Origin: Chloroflexota bacterium
GTDB lineage: Bacteria > Chloroflexota > Dehalococcoidia > Lucifugimonadales > GCA-002723415
Assembly (NCBI GenBank): GCA_002721445.1
Contig: PBKN01000012.1
Location: 8,362-72,361 of the forward strand
Direction of reading: 5' to 3'
Length of the DNA stretch: 64,000 nt
This document shows positions 10,234 through 19,264 of the stretch, piece after piece. A program made the position numbers and the translations under genes. How positions within the stretch are numbered: position 1 is the first letter of the stretch; every line of letters starts with the position of its first letter. Under the pieces are notes generated by a model. It was given only the letters and a program-made list of their open reading frames with translations. It did not search any database and was not told the DNA's origin.

Positions 10234-10953
10234 ATGACAGAATCAATAAATCACTTGAACAACTCTATTAAAAATGGAAAAAGCTGGTTTATATCTCTAT
10301 TAGAATCAATTTCAATTTGGACAAAACCTGAAGAGAAATACAATAATAATAACTATATATATTTTTTAGATGGAGAAGCATTTGACTGGTTAGTTTTAGC
10401 TGAAAGGTTATGTTATGAAATTAATAATTTTAATTTATACAAAAAAGAAATAGAAAAATTCATAACCTATGGCGAGCTACCCGAAATAATATCACTCTCT
10501 ATTTTTAAAAATTCAATTGGTCTTAGTAAGTATAGAGGTTATTTAAATTATTTTTATGGAATTACGATAGAAGAATCACTATTAATATCAGTTGAAAGTG
10601 AAATACAAAAACGCAATTTGAGTAATGGGAAACAGTTCAATCAAGATTATACAGAACTAGCATTTGAAAGTATTTATTTATCAAGCCAAACCGTATTATT
10701 AGGCAATTTTTTTGAAGAACAAAAAATAAAACCTAAAAAACATCTGTCTATAACTGAAAATAAATTATTCACATATTGGTTATTCAAATATAGACTTAAA
10801 TCTTCAGATAAGTCTAGATCTGCAAGTTATACAAAAAAGGGAATAAATCAATTTTATAAGATCCAAAACTCCTCTAAAATAAATAATACTTCTGCCAAAT
10901 TACTAAACAAAAAATCTGCCTTAGATGCTTTTAATTCATATGATAAAAATTAA
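10234..10953 (+). CDS. Hypothetical protein
   Basis: 239-aa ORF 21 nt downstream of secA on the same strand. No recognisable motif. Its stop overlaps the valS stop by 4 nt. Confidence 0.5.
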   Translation: MTESINHLNNSIKNGKSWFISLLESISIWTKPEEKYNNNNYIYFLDGEAFDWLVLAERLCYEINNFNLYKKEIEKFITYGELPEIISLSIFKNSIGLSKYRGYLNYFYGITIEESLLISVESEIQKRNLSNGKQFNQDYTELAFESIYLSSQTVLLGNFFEEQKIKPKKHLSITENKLFTYWLFKYRLKSSDKSRSASYTKKGINQFYKIQNSSKINNTSAKLLNKKSALDAFNSYDKN

Positions 10954-13652
10954 CTATTAATTGTTTTACTAAGTAAATCCTCAATCCTATTTTTACGTTC
11001 AATAATGGAATTTAACCTTTCCGTCTCTTTATCAATTATATCTTGAGGTGCATTAGATAAAAATCTATTATCATTGAGTCTTTTTGACAACCCATCTTCT
11101 CTAGAAATTAGTTCTTGTTTTTCAAATTCTAATCTTTTAATTTCGATATTTATATCTACTTCGTTAGGTAATACAATATTTAAAACACAATTAGATAAAA
11201 CTACAGAAACCGTTTTTTCTTTGGACACACTAGAAAATTCTTCATAATTCATAAATGATCTAATTTTGCCCATATGAATTATTGTTTCTTTTTCTTTAAT
11301 AATATTTTCATTGAATTCATCTGACTTAAAATAGACATCTAAATTATTAATATTTTGAATACGAAAATCTACTTTTATATTTCTTATAGCTCTAATTATT
11401 TCAATTACTATCGTAATATTTTTTACAGAATCATTATCTGTTAATTTATTTTCTGTTTCTGAAAAAATAGGATATGAGCTGATTATTAGAGGTTTATGTT
11501 CTTGTGAATCAATTGATTTCATCAGTAATTGCCATATTTTTTCTGTTATAAAAGGCATAAAAGGATGCAATAATCGTATAACACCTTGTAGAATGTATAC
11601 TAAAGTAAGGACAGCATCTTTTTCTCCAGGGTTTCTAAGTCGAATTTTAATCATCTCAAGGTACCAATCACAAAATTCAGTCCAGAAAAAATCATAAATT
11701 GACTTTTGAGCTTCACTAAATTGGTAACTGTTGAAAAACCTATCAACTTCTTTAATAGTTTCTAAATATCTAGTTATTATCCACCTGTCATGCGTATTAG
11801 AAGGATTAACAGAGCAAAAATCATAATTCAAATCAAATTTATTTACATTACTCATGACAAATCTGGAAGCATTCCAGAGTTTATTTGCAAAATTACGAGC
11901 AGATTCCATTTTCTGCTCATTTAACCTCATATCATTACCAGGTGAAGTCCCAGTAGTTAATGCAAACCTCAAAGCATCAGCACCATAAGTATCTATTAAG
12001 TCTAAGGGATCCATAACATTCCCTTTAGATTTACTCATTTTAATTCCATCAGGGTCGCGGACTAATCCATGTAGATATATATTCTGAAAAGGAATTTCCC
12101 CTGTGTTTTCAATACCTAACATAATCATTCTAGCAACCCAAAAGAATAAAATATCATGACCTGTTTCCATCACTGAAGATGGATAAAAATAATCTAAATC
12201 CTCTGTATTTTCTGGCCAGCCCAAAGTCGAGTGCGTCCATAATCCTGAACTAAACCATGTGTCTAAGACATCTGGATCTTGATATATATTATTTGAATAA
12301 CATTTATTACAATTTTCTAAATCTTCTGTTTGAACAATAGTTGAATTACAATCATTACAATTCCATACAGGGATTCGATGGCCCCACCATAGCTGTCTAC
12401 TAATACACCAATCTCTAATATTATCCATCCAATTAAAATATATCTTTGAAAACCTATCCGGAATTATTTTTATTGAACCATTAGTTATTACTTCTCTAGC
12501 CTTTTTTGCTAAAGGCTCAACTTTAACATACCACTGTTTGCTAATTATAGGTTCTACAATTTCATCACACCTATCACAATGCCCAACCGAATGATTAATA
12601 TCTTCAATCTTTAACAAGTTACCTAATTTTTCTAATTCCTTTACAATTTCATTTCTTGAATCTTTTATTGATAAACCAGCAAAATCGCCTGCATTATCAT
12701 TAAGTTTTCCATTTGCATCAAACAAATTTATAAATTCAAGTTTATGTTTTTCTCCAAGAATAAAATCATTTGGATCATGCCCTGGAGTAACCTTTAATGC
12801 TCCTGTACCATATTCAATATCTACTATAGAATCTTTAATAATATTCAGCCTTCTACCCACTATAGGTAAAATCACATTTTTGCCAATATATTTTTTATAT
12901 CTTTCGTCTTTAGAATTAACTGCGACTGCAGTATCTCCTAACATAGTTTCAGGTCGAGTTGTTGCAATAACTATATGTGAATCAGAATTCTCAATATCAT
13001 ATTTAATATAATATAAATTGCCTTTTTCATCTTTATATTTAACTTCCAGATCAGATAAGGCAGTAAGACAACGAGGACACCAGTTGGTAATTGAGTCTTT
13101 TCTGTAAATTAAACCTTTATTATATAGATTCACAAAAGTATTTCGAACTGCTTTAGAGGGTACAGAATCTAATGTAAAACTTTTCCTACTCCAGTCACAT
13201 GAAGCACCTAAACGTTTAAATTGATCATAAATTCTATCTCCATAGAGTTCAACCCATTCCCACACTTTATTTATAAAAAGTTCTCTCCCTAGATCATGTC
13301 TAGTAATACCTTGAGATGCTAATGATTTTTCCACTACAACTTGAGTAGCTATACCAGCATGATCAGATCCTGGCAAAAACAATGTAGGATCCCCTTTCAT
13401 CCTATGCCACCTTACCATTAAATCTTCAAGCGCTACAGTTAATGCATGACCAATATGTAATTCACCTGTTACATTAGGAGGAGGCATAATAATTACAAAA
13501 GGTTTTCTAGTTTTATCAATTTTAGGCGTAAAGTGTCCAGAACTCATCCAATATTCATAAATATTTAATTCAACTAATTTTGAATCGTAAACTTTATCCA
13601 TAATAAATTCAGAATTTAATTCGCTACTTGTCATATATTTATCTAACCTCAC
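10950..13652 (-). CDS. valS: Valine--tRNA ligase
   Basis: 900 aa. HIGH motif (PNVTGELHIGHAL), KMSKS, C-terminal coiled coil. The start may be an internal Met (MTSS or MDKV). Confidence 0.97.
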   Translation of the reverse strand: MRLDKYMTSSELNSEFIMDKVYDSKLVELNIYEYWMSSGHFTPKIDKTRKPFVIIMPPPNVTGELHIGHALTVALEDLMVRWHRMKGDPTLFLPGSDHAGIATQVVVEKSLASQGITRHDLGRELFINKVWEWVELYGDRIYDQFKRLGASCDWSRKSFTLDSVPSKAVRNTFVNLYNKGLIYRKDSITNWCPRCLTALSDLEVKYKDEKGNLYYIKYDIENSDSHIVIATTRPETMLGDTAVAVNSKDERYKKYIGKNVILPIVGRRLNIIKDSIVDIEYGTGALKVTPGHDPNDFILGEKHKLEFINLFDANGKLNDNAGDFAGLSIKDSRNEIVKELEKLGNLLKIEDINHSVGHCDRCDEIVEPIISKQWYVKVEPLAKKAREVITNGSIKIIPDRFSKIYFNWMDNIRDWCISRQLWWGHRIPVWNCNDCNSTIVQTEDLENCNKCYSNNIYQDPDVLDTWFSSGLWTHSTLGWPENTEDLDYFYPSSVMETGHDILFFWVARMIMLGIENTGEIPFQNIYLHGLVRDPDGIKMSKSKGNVMDPLDLIDTYGADALRFALTTGTSPGNDMRLNEQKMESARNFANKLWNASRFVMSNVNKFDLNYDFCSVNPSNTHDRWIITRYLETIKEVDRFFNSYQFSEAQKSIYDFFWTEFCDWYLEMIKIRLRNPGEKDAVLTLVYILQGVIRLLHPFMPFITEKIWQLLMKSIDSQEHKPLIISSYPIFSETENKLTDNDSVKNITIVIEIIRAIRNIKVDFRIQNINNLDVYFKSDEFNENIIKEKETIIHMGKIRSFMNYEEFSSVSKEKTVSVVLSNCVLNIVLPNEVDINIEIKRLEFEKQELISREDGLSKRLNDNRFLSNAPQDIIDKETERLNSIIERKNRIEDLLSKTINS

Positions 13653-13796
13653 TAATTTATATACTATCAGAAAGATAACAAATAATTGAATATAATACTT
13701 ACGTTATTATTAATACATATCTTTAATAAATCTCATTATACAAGTATAATTTACTCAATAAATACTTAATAACATAATCATATAGAAGGTTTCCTT

Positions 13797-15983
13797 ATGG
13801 ATCTAATTAATATAGCCAACATAAAAGTATCACCTAATATTTACAAATTAATTAATGAAAAAATAATTCCCGGTACTAATGTGACAAAAGAAAAGTTTTG
13901 GAATGAATTTAGTTCAATTATTGAAGATTTAAGCAAAAAAAATGAAACATTGTTAAAAGAAAGAGACGAAATACAAGAAACTATAGATAATTGGCACCTC
14001 GACAACAAAAATAGATCCTTTGATATAGTTGAATATAAGAAATTTCTAGAAGAAATAAACTATTTAATTAAAAAATGCCCAGATTTTAAAATAAATACAA
14101 AAAACATTGATAAAGAAATATCTATGATTGCTGGTCCTCAATTAGTAGTTCCTGTAGATAATGCTAGATTTGCAATTAATGCTGCAAATGCTAGATGGTG
14201 GAGTTTATATGATTCTCTTTATGGAACTGATGCTATACCTGAAGAATACGGAGCTACAAAAACTACGGCATATAATATACATAGAGGATCAAAAGTAGTA
14301 TCTTTTTCAAATATATTTTTAGATAATATTTTTTCTTTAGAAAATTCTAGTTATTCAAGTGTAAGTAGCTTCCAAATAGATAAAACTGATAATAAATACA
14401 ACTTAATAGCAATATTAACTGATAACACTAAGACACAATTAACTGATCCATCTAAATTTGTAGGATATACAAAAAAAGCTGATGGAGAATTAACGTCAAT
14501 ATTGTTAAAAAATAATGGATTACATATTGAAATACAATTAAACAGAGAAGATTCAATAGGAAAGTTACATTCTGCAGGAATTAAAGATATCTTAATTGAA
14601 TCAGCAATTACTGCAATTCAAGATTTCGAAGATTCTGTATCAGCAGTAGATGAAGAAGATAAAATTAGTGCATATACTAATTGGACTGATTTAATGAAAG
14701 GAACTATAACTTCTACCTTTACAAAAGATGGATCTGAATTAGTACGAACATTAAACCCAGATAAAATTTTTATATCCCAAGAAAACGAAAATGATACCTA
14801 TATAATATCTGGAAGAAGTTTAATTCTAGCAAGAAATGTAGGTATACATATGTATACTGACATTATATTAACAAAAGAAAATGAAAAAACTCCTGAAGGT
14901 TTCTTAGATATCATGGTAACTGCATTGGCATCTATGCATGATTTAAACGGTAATTCAAAATATTCTAATAGTCCAAATAAAAGCATATATATAGTTAAAC
15001 CAAAAATGCATGGGCCAAAAGAAGTTGCAGCAACGGTTGAACTATTTTCCAGAGTAGAAAAAGCATTAAATTTAAATAATAATACAATTAAAATTGGAAT
15101 AATGGATGAAGAAAGACGCACTTCTGTTAATCTCCAACAATGTATATATGAAGCAAAAGATAGAATTATCTTTATAAATACTGGTTTCTTAGATAGAACG
15201 GGAGATGAAATTCATACTAGCATGAAAGCTGGAGCATTTCTACCGAAATCTGAAATCAAAAATCAACCATGGATACAAGCTTACGAAGATCAAAATGTCG
15301 ACATTGCCATTAAAAGTGGATTTATAGGTAAAGCTCAAATTGGCAAAGGAATGTGGGCTATGCCTGATGAAATGAAAGAGATGCTAAACAATAAAATAGG
15401 TCATCCAAAATCTGGAGCCAGTACTGCATGGGTCCCTTCTCCAACTGCTGCAGCCTTACATGCACTTCATTATCATTACGTAAATGTAAAAGATATACAA
15501 GATCAATTATTAAATAGAGAACCTTCTGATATCTTAAATTTATTAACTCCTCCTCTAATGTCTGAAAAATTATTAGAGGAATCTCAAATTCAAAAAGAAT
15601 TAGAAAATAACGCACAAAGTATTTTAGGGTATGTTTCTAGATGGATTGGTCAAGGCATAGGATGTTCTAAAGTATTAGATATAGATAATGTTGCATTAAT
15701 GGAAGATAGAGCTACTTTAAGAATTTCAAGCCAACATATTGCAAACTGGATTTTGCATGATATCACTAACAAAGAAGATGTAATATCAATATTTAAACGA
15801 ATGGCTAAAATTGTTGACATACAAAATAAAGATGATGTTAATTATACAAAAATGTCTGATAATTATGAAAAAAGTATAGAATTCCAAGCAGCACTCGAAT
15901 TAGTATTCAATGGAGTTGATACTCCAAATGGATACACAGAAGATATACTACATAGTTATAGAAGAAAATCTAAGAATCCTTAG
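13797..15983 (+). CDS. glcB: Malate synthase G
   Basis: 728 aa, the length of the G isoform. Conserved IGIMDEERRTS and PSPTAA segments. Confidence 0.9.
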   Translation: MDLINIANIKVSPNIYKLINEKIIPGTNVTKEKFWNEFSSIIEDLSKKNETLLKERDEIQETIDNWHLDNKNRSFDIVEYKKFLEEINYLIKKCPDFKINTKNIDKEISMIAGPQLVVPVDNARFAINAANARWWSLYDSLYGTDAIPEEYGATKTTAYNIHRGSKVVSFSNIFLDNIFSLENSSYSSVSSFQIDKTDNKYNLIAILTDNTKTQLTDPSKFVGYTKKADGELTSILLKNNGLHIEIQLNREDSIGKLHSAGIKDILIESAITAIQDFEDSVSAVDEEDKISAYTNWTDLMKGTITSTFTKDGSELVRTLNPDKIFISQENENDTYIISGRSLILARNVGIHMYTDIILTKENEKTPEGFLDIMVTALASMHDLNGNSKYSNSPNKSIYIVKPKMHGPKEVAATVELFSRVEKALNLNNNTIKIGIMDEERRTSVNLQQCIYEAKDRIIFINTGFLDRTGDEIHTSMKAGAFLPKSEIKNQPWIQAYEDQNVDIAIKSGFIGKAQIGKGMWAMPDEMKEMLNNKIGHPKSGASTAWVPSPTAAALHALHYHYVNVKDIQDQLLNREPSDILNLLTPPLMSEKLLEESQIQKELENNAQSILGYVSRWIGQGIGCSKVLDIDNVALMEDRATLRISSQHIANWILHDITNKEDVISIFKRMAKIVDIQNKDDVNYTKMSDNYEKSIEFQAALELVFNGVDTPNGYTEDILHSYRRKSKNP

Positions 15984-16359
15984 ATCTATATAAACTAACA
16001 GCAGCATAAGAAATTTCACTATCTTTAATTGGTGGATTTAGTTTTCTGACTTCAACATGTACTGATTTAACTTTAGGAATTAAAAATAATTCTGCTATGA
16101 TTTTATCAGCTATTGTTTCTATCATATTATAGTTAGAAAACATAACTATATCTTTAACTATATTAAATATATTACTATAATCTACTGTGTCATCAATCAA
16201 GTCTGATTTAAAAACTTTATCCAATAAACATTCCATCTCTAAATTTATTGAAAAGTTCTGACCTAACACCTTTTCTTCTTCAGTTAATCCGTGATGAGCA
16301 AAAAATTTAATATCATTTAATATAATTTTAGATATTTCTTTCAAATTATTTATCCTCAA
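15970..16359 (-). CDS. folB: Dihydroneopterin aldolase
   Basis: 129 aa. FFAHHGLTEEEKVLGQNFSINLEM pattern is typical of FolB. Its 3' end overlaps the glcB 3' end by 14 nt. Confidence 0.8.
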   Translation of the reverse strand: MRINNLKEISKIILNDIKFFAHHGLTEEEKVLGQNFSINLEMECLLDKVFKSDLIDDTVDYSNIFNIVKDIVMFSNYNMIETIADKIIAELFLIPKVKSVHVEVRKLNPPIKDSEISYAAVSLYRSKDS

Positions 16360-17212
16360 GCCTTTTTATACTTGCTAATATTTTTTTTGCTCTTTCAACA
16401 ACTGGAATATCAATCATTGAACCATTTATAGACGTAGAACCTCGACCATTTATTTGAGCTTCTTTAAAAGATTTAATTATATTCCTAGCATTTTCAATTT
16501 CATCTATAGATGGAGAAAATTTCTCGTTAATAATTTCAATTTGTGAAGGATGAATAGCAAATTTACCTAAAAACCCTAATCTTTTAGCAATAAATATATC
16601 TCTTTTTAAACCATCTATGTCTTTAAACTTTGTATAAGGAGTATCAAAAGCTTCTATACCTGCAGATTTCGCAGCAATAACTATTAACTTACGAGGATAA
16701 TCTATTTCAAATCCATCATCTGAACGCATAATACCCATATCATTAGTAAAATCTTCTGCACCAAATGCAACCGATAAAATTCGAGGAGAACTAGAACATA
16801 CTTTAAAAGCATTTGTTATACCCAAAGCCGTTTCTATCCAAGGTATAATTTTAATACTTCCTTTTTCAATTTTATTAATTTTTTCATATTTATCTAATAT
16901 ATTTGAAATAAATTTTATATCGTCATCAGAACTAACTTTACCAACAGAGATTCCATAAATTTTATGCTCTAATACCGCACGAATATCTTCTTCAAAAAAC
17001 CCTGAATTAATTGGATTAACTCTAGGTATAATTATATTATTATTAATTGTCATATTAGGTAAAAACTCAGAAATAATATTTCTAGCTTCATCTTTTCTAT
17101 CAAAAGGGACAGAATCTTCCATATCAGGGATGTATACATCTGGAAAAAAAGTTAAAGACTTTTCTAACATACTTAATCTATTCCCTGGAATAAACAATAA
17201 ACTTCTAAACAT
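16346..17212 (-). CDS. HpcH/HpaI aldolase / citrate lyase beta (CitE)-like acyl-CoA lyase
   Basis: 288 aa. LFIPGNR N-terminus, PDMEDSV and AFGAEDF motifs are typical of the CitE / malyl-CoA lyase family. Confidence 0.8.
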   Translation of the reverse strand: MFRSLLFIPGNRLSMLEKSLTFFPDVYIPDMEDSVPFDRKDEARNIISEFLPNMTINNNIIIPRVNPINSGFFEEDIRAVLEHKIYGISVGKVSSDDDIKFISNILDKYEKINKIEKGSIKIIPWIETALGITNAFKVCSSSPRILSVAFGAEDFTNDMGIMRSDDGFEIDYPRKLIVIAAKSAGIEAFDTPYTKFKDIDGLKRDIFIAKRLGFLGKFAIHPSQIEIINEKFSPSIDEIENARNIIKSFKEAQINGRGSTSINGSMIDIPVVERAKKILASIKRLEDK

Positions 17213-17303
17213 ATATATCCTTTACTGTAAATGGTATAGTAAAAATTAACATTTTTAATTTAAAACAATTAAAAGATGAAATCAAACTATAAATTAATCA
17301 AAT

Positions 17304-18104
17304 ATGAGTAAATATAATAATAATAATAATAAATTAAACAAAGTTCCACGTATAGAAATTATAGGAATTTCAGGAATACCTGAAATTAAATACAAAGATA
17401 ATTTAGCAAGAATTATAGTATCCAAGTCAATTGAACAAGGAACTCCAATTGAAGAAAACGATATAATAATAATAACTCAAAAAATTGTTTCCAAATCAGA
17501 AGGCCAAATAAAGAATTTAATCAATATTAAACCTTCAGAATATTCGATAAAATTAGCATCCAAAATAAATAAAGATCCAAGACTAATTGAATTAATAATA
17601 AATGAAAGTAAGTCAATAATTCGTATAGATGAAAAAAGAAGCATATTAATAACTGAAACTAAACAAGGATTTATATGTGCAAATGCAGGAATAGATAATT
17701 CAAATATACCCGGCAGTAATAATGTATCACTATTACCAAAAGATCCAGATAAATCAGCAAATAATATATGTTCGGATATTTCTTATTTAATTAACCAAAC
17801 TCCTATATCTGTAATAATTACTGATACTTTTGGTAGAGCATGGAGAAAAGGTCAAGTAAATTTTGCAATAGGTACTTCAAGAATAGAACCTTTACTAGAT
17901 TATATGAATGAAAAGGATTCACAAGGAAAAATACTTAAAAGCACAAATATTTGTATAGCTGATGAATTAGCTTCAGCTGCTGAGTTAGTTAATTTTAAAT
18001 CAAATCAAATACCTGTTTCTATAATTAGAAACTACCCATATTCAATATCTTCTTCAGGAGCTAAAGAAATAATAAGGGCAAAAAATGAAGATCTATTTAG
18101 ATAA
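17304..18104 (+). CDS. cofE: Coenzyme F420-0:L-glutamate ligase
   Basis: 266 aa. Aligns by eye along its length with archaeal CofE and the FbiB N-domain (ICANAGIDNSN, VIITDTFGRAWRKGQVNFAIG). N-terminus carries a poly-Asn run from an (AAT)5 repeat. Confidence 0.85.
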   Translation: MSKYNNNNNKLNKVPRIEIIGISGIPEIKYKDNLARIIVSKSIEQGTPIEENDIIIITQKIVSKSEGQIKNLINIKPSEYSIKLASKINKDPRLIELIINESKSIIRIDEKRSILITETKQGFICANAGIDNSNIPGSNNVSLLPKDPDKSANNICSDISYLINQTPISVIITDTFGRAWRKGQVNFAIGTSRIEPLLDYMNEKDSQGKILKSTNICIADELASAAELVNFKSNQIPVSIIRNYPYSISSSGAKEIIRAKNEDLFR

Positions 18105-18137
18105 TAATATAATCCCTGATTAATTTAAATTAAAATA

Positions 18138-19238
18138 TTATTCGATAGCATCGCTGATTATATCTCCCATTTTACTAGTAGATATTGCTTCATATCCACT
18201 AGATACAATATCTTTAGTTCGATAACCCAATGATAATGAAGAATTTATAGATTTATAAATTGCATCAGCCTCTACCTTTAATCCAAAAGAATAATTTAAC
18301 ATTAAAGCAACACTTAATATCATTCCTATCGGGTTAGCTATCCCCTTGCCTGCTATATCTGGAGCTGTTCCATGTATTGGCTCATATAATGAAGGTTTAA
18401 TTTTTTTGGAATTACTATTATTATTCAAAGAAGATAAACTAGCAGACGGAATCATACCCATAGATCCCGATAATACTGAAGCTTCATCAGTTAATATATC
18501 ACCAAAAGTATTCTCTGAAACAATTACATCAAATTTATAAGGATTTTGAATTATCTGCATAGATGCATTATCAACAAGAATATGCTCTAAATTTACATTA
18601 GGGTAATCTTTAGACATCTCTGTAGCAATTTGCCTCCACAACCTTCCAGTTTCTAAAACATTTGCTTTATCTATAGATGCTAATTTTTGGTTTCTAGATG
18701 ATGCAAGTTGAAAAGCAACTTTTAAAATTCTTTTTATTTCTGACTCTGAATAAATTAAAGTATCTACTGCTTTACGACCTTTGGCAGTTACCCAACGTTT
18801 TTTTGGTGACCCGAAATAAAGTCCTCCAGTTAATTCTCTAACAACAATGATATCAACTTCATTCAATAGATCTGATTTAATAGGACTTGAATCAATCAAA
18901 GATTTAAAAATTTTAATAGGTCGTAAATTTGCAAACAAATTTAATGATTTTCTCAAAAACAAAATACCATCTTCAGGTCTTAATTCTGCATTAGGATCAT
19001 CCCACTTAGGGCCACCAACTGCACCAAATAATATAGCATCAGATTTATCTATTACTGAAAGTGTTTCTTTAGGAATCGGATTAGCATATTTATCAATTGC
19101 TGCACCTCCTATAATTCCATCAAGTAATTCAAAAGAATGGTCATATTTTTTCTCAATAACTTTTAAAATTTTTACTGCTTCAGATATAACCTCTGGGCCT
19201 ATTCCATCTCCTGGTAATATTGCAATTTTATAATCCAT
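18138..19238 (-). CDS. leuB: 3-isopropylmalate dehydrogenase
   Basis: 366 aa. ILPGDGIGPEV N-terminus, NLFGDILTD-type motif (ENTFGDILTDEAS), GSAPDIAGKG-type motif (HGTAPDIAGKGIANP). Confidence 0.9.
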   Translation of the reverse strand: MDYKIAILPGDGIGPEVISEAVKILKVIEKKYDHSFELLDGIIGGAAIDKYANPIPKETLSVIDKSDAILFGAVGGPKWDDPNAELRPEDGILFLRKSLNLFANLRPIKIFKSLIDSSPIKSDLLNEVDIIVVRELTGGLYFGSPKKRWVTAKGRKAVDTLIYSESEIKRILKVAFQLASSRNQKLASIDKANVLETGRLWRQIATEMSKDYPNVNLEHILVDNASMQIIQNPYKFDVIVSENTFGDILTDEASVLSGSMGMIPSASLSSLNNNSNSKKIKPSLYEPIHGTAPDIAGKGIANPIGMILSVALMLNYSFGLKVEADAIYKSINSSLSLGYRTKDIVSSGYEAISTSKMGDIISDAIE

Positions 19239-19264
19239 TTAAACTCCTATTTATATAATTAAAA

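Noticed and set aside
13653-13796. Possible T-box leader upstream of valS (and of leuS at 21737..21771)
   Set aside because: The spacers of 144 bp and 35 bp are too short for a T-box. They lack a recognisable T-box sequence or a terminator/antiterminator pair.
14798-15615. Minus-strand ORFs 14798..15121 and 15358..15615 inside glcB
   Set aside because: Antisense shadows of malate synthase G, with no independent support.
17316-17330. (AAT)5 trinucleotide repeat encoding poly-Asn at the cofE N-terminus
   Set aside because: Possible slippage site, but the repeat is in frame, short and in a non-conserved leader. Such runs are expected in DNA of about 30% G+C. There is no evidence of phase variation.
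18847-19233. 128-aa plus-strand ORF (also 18346..18540) opposite leuB
   Set aside because: Antisense shadow of a strongly supported leuB gene, with no motifs of its own.
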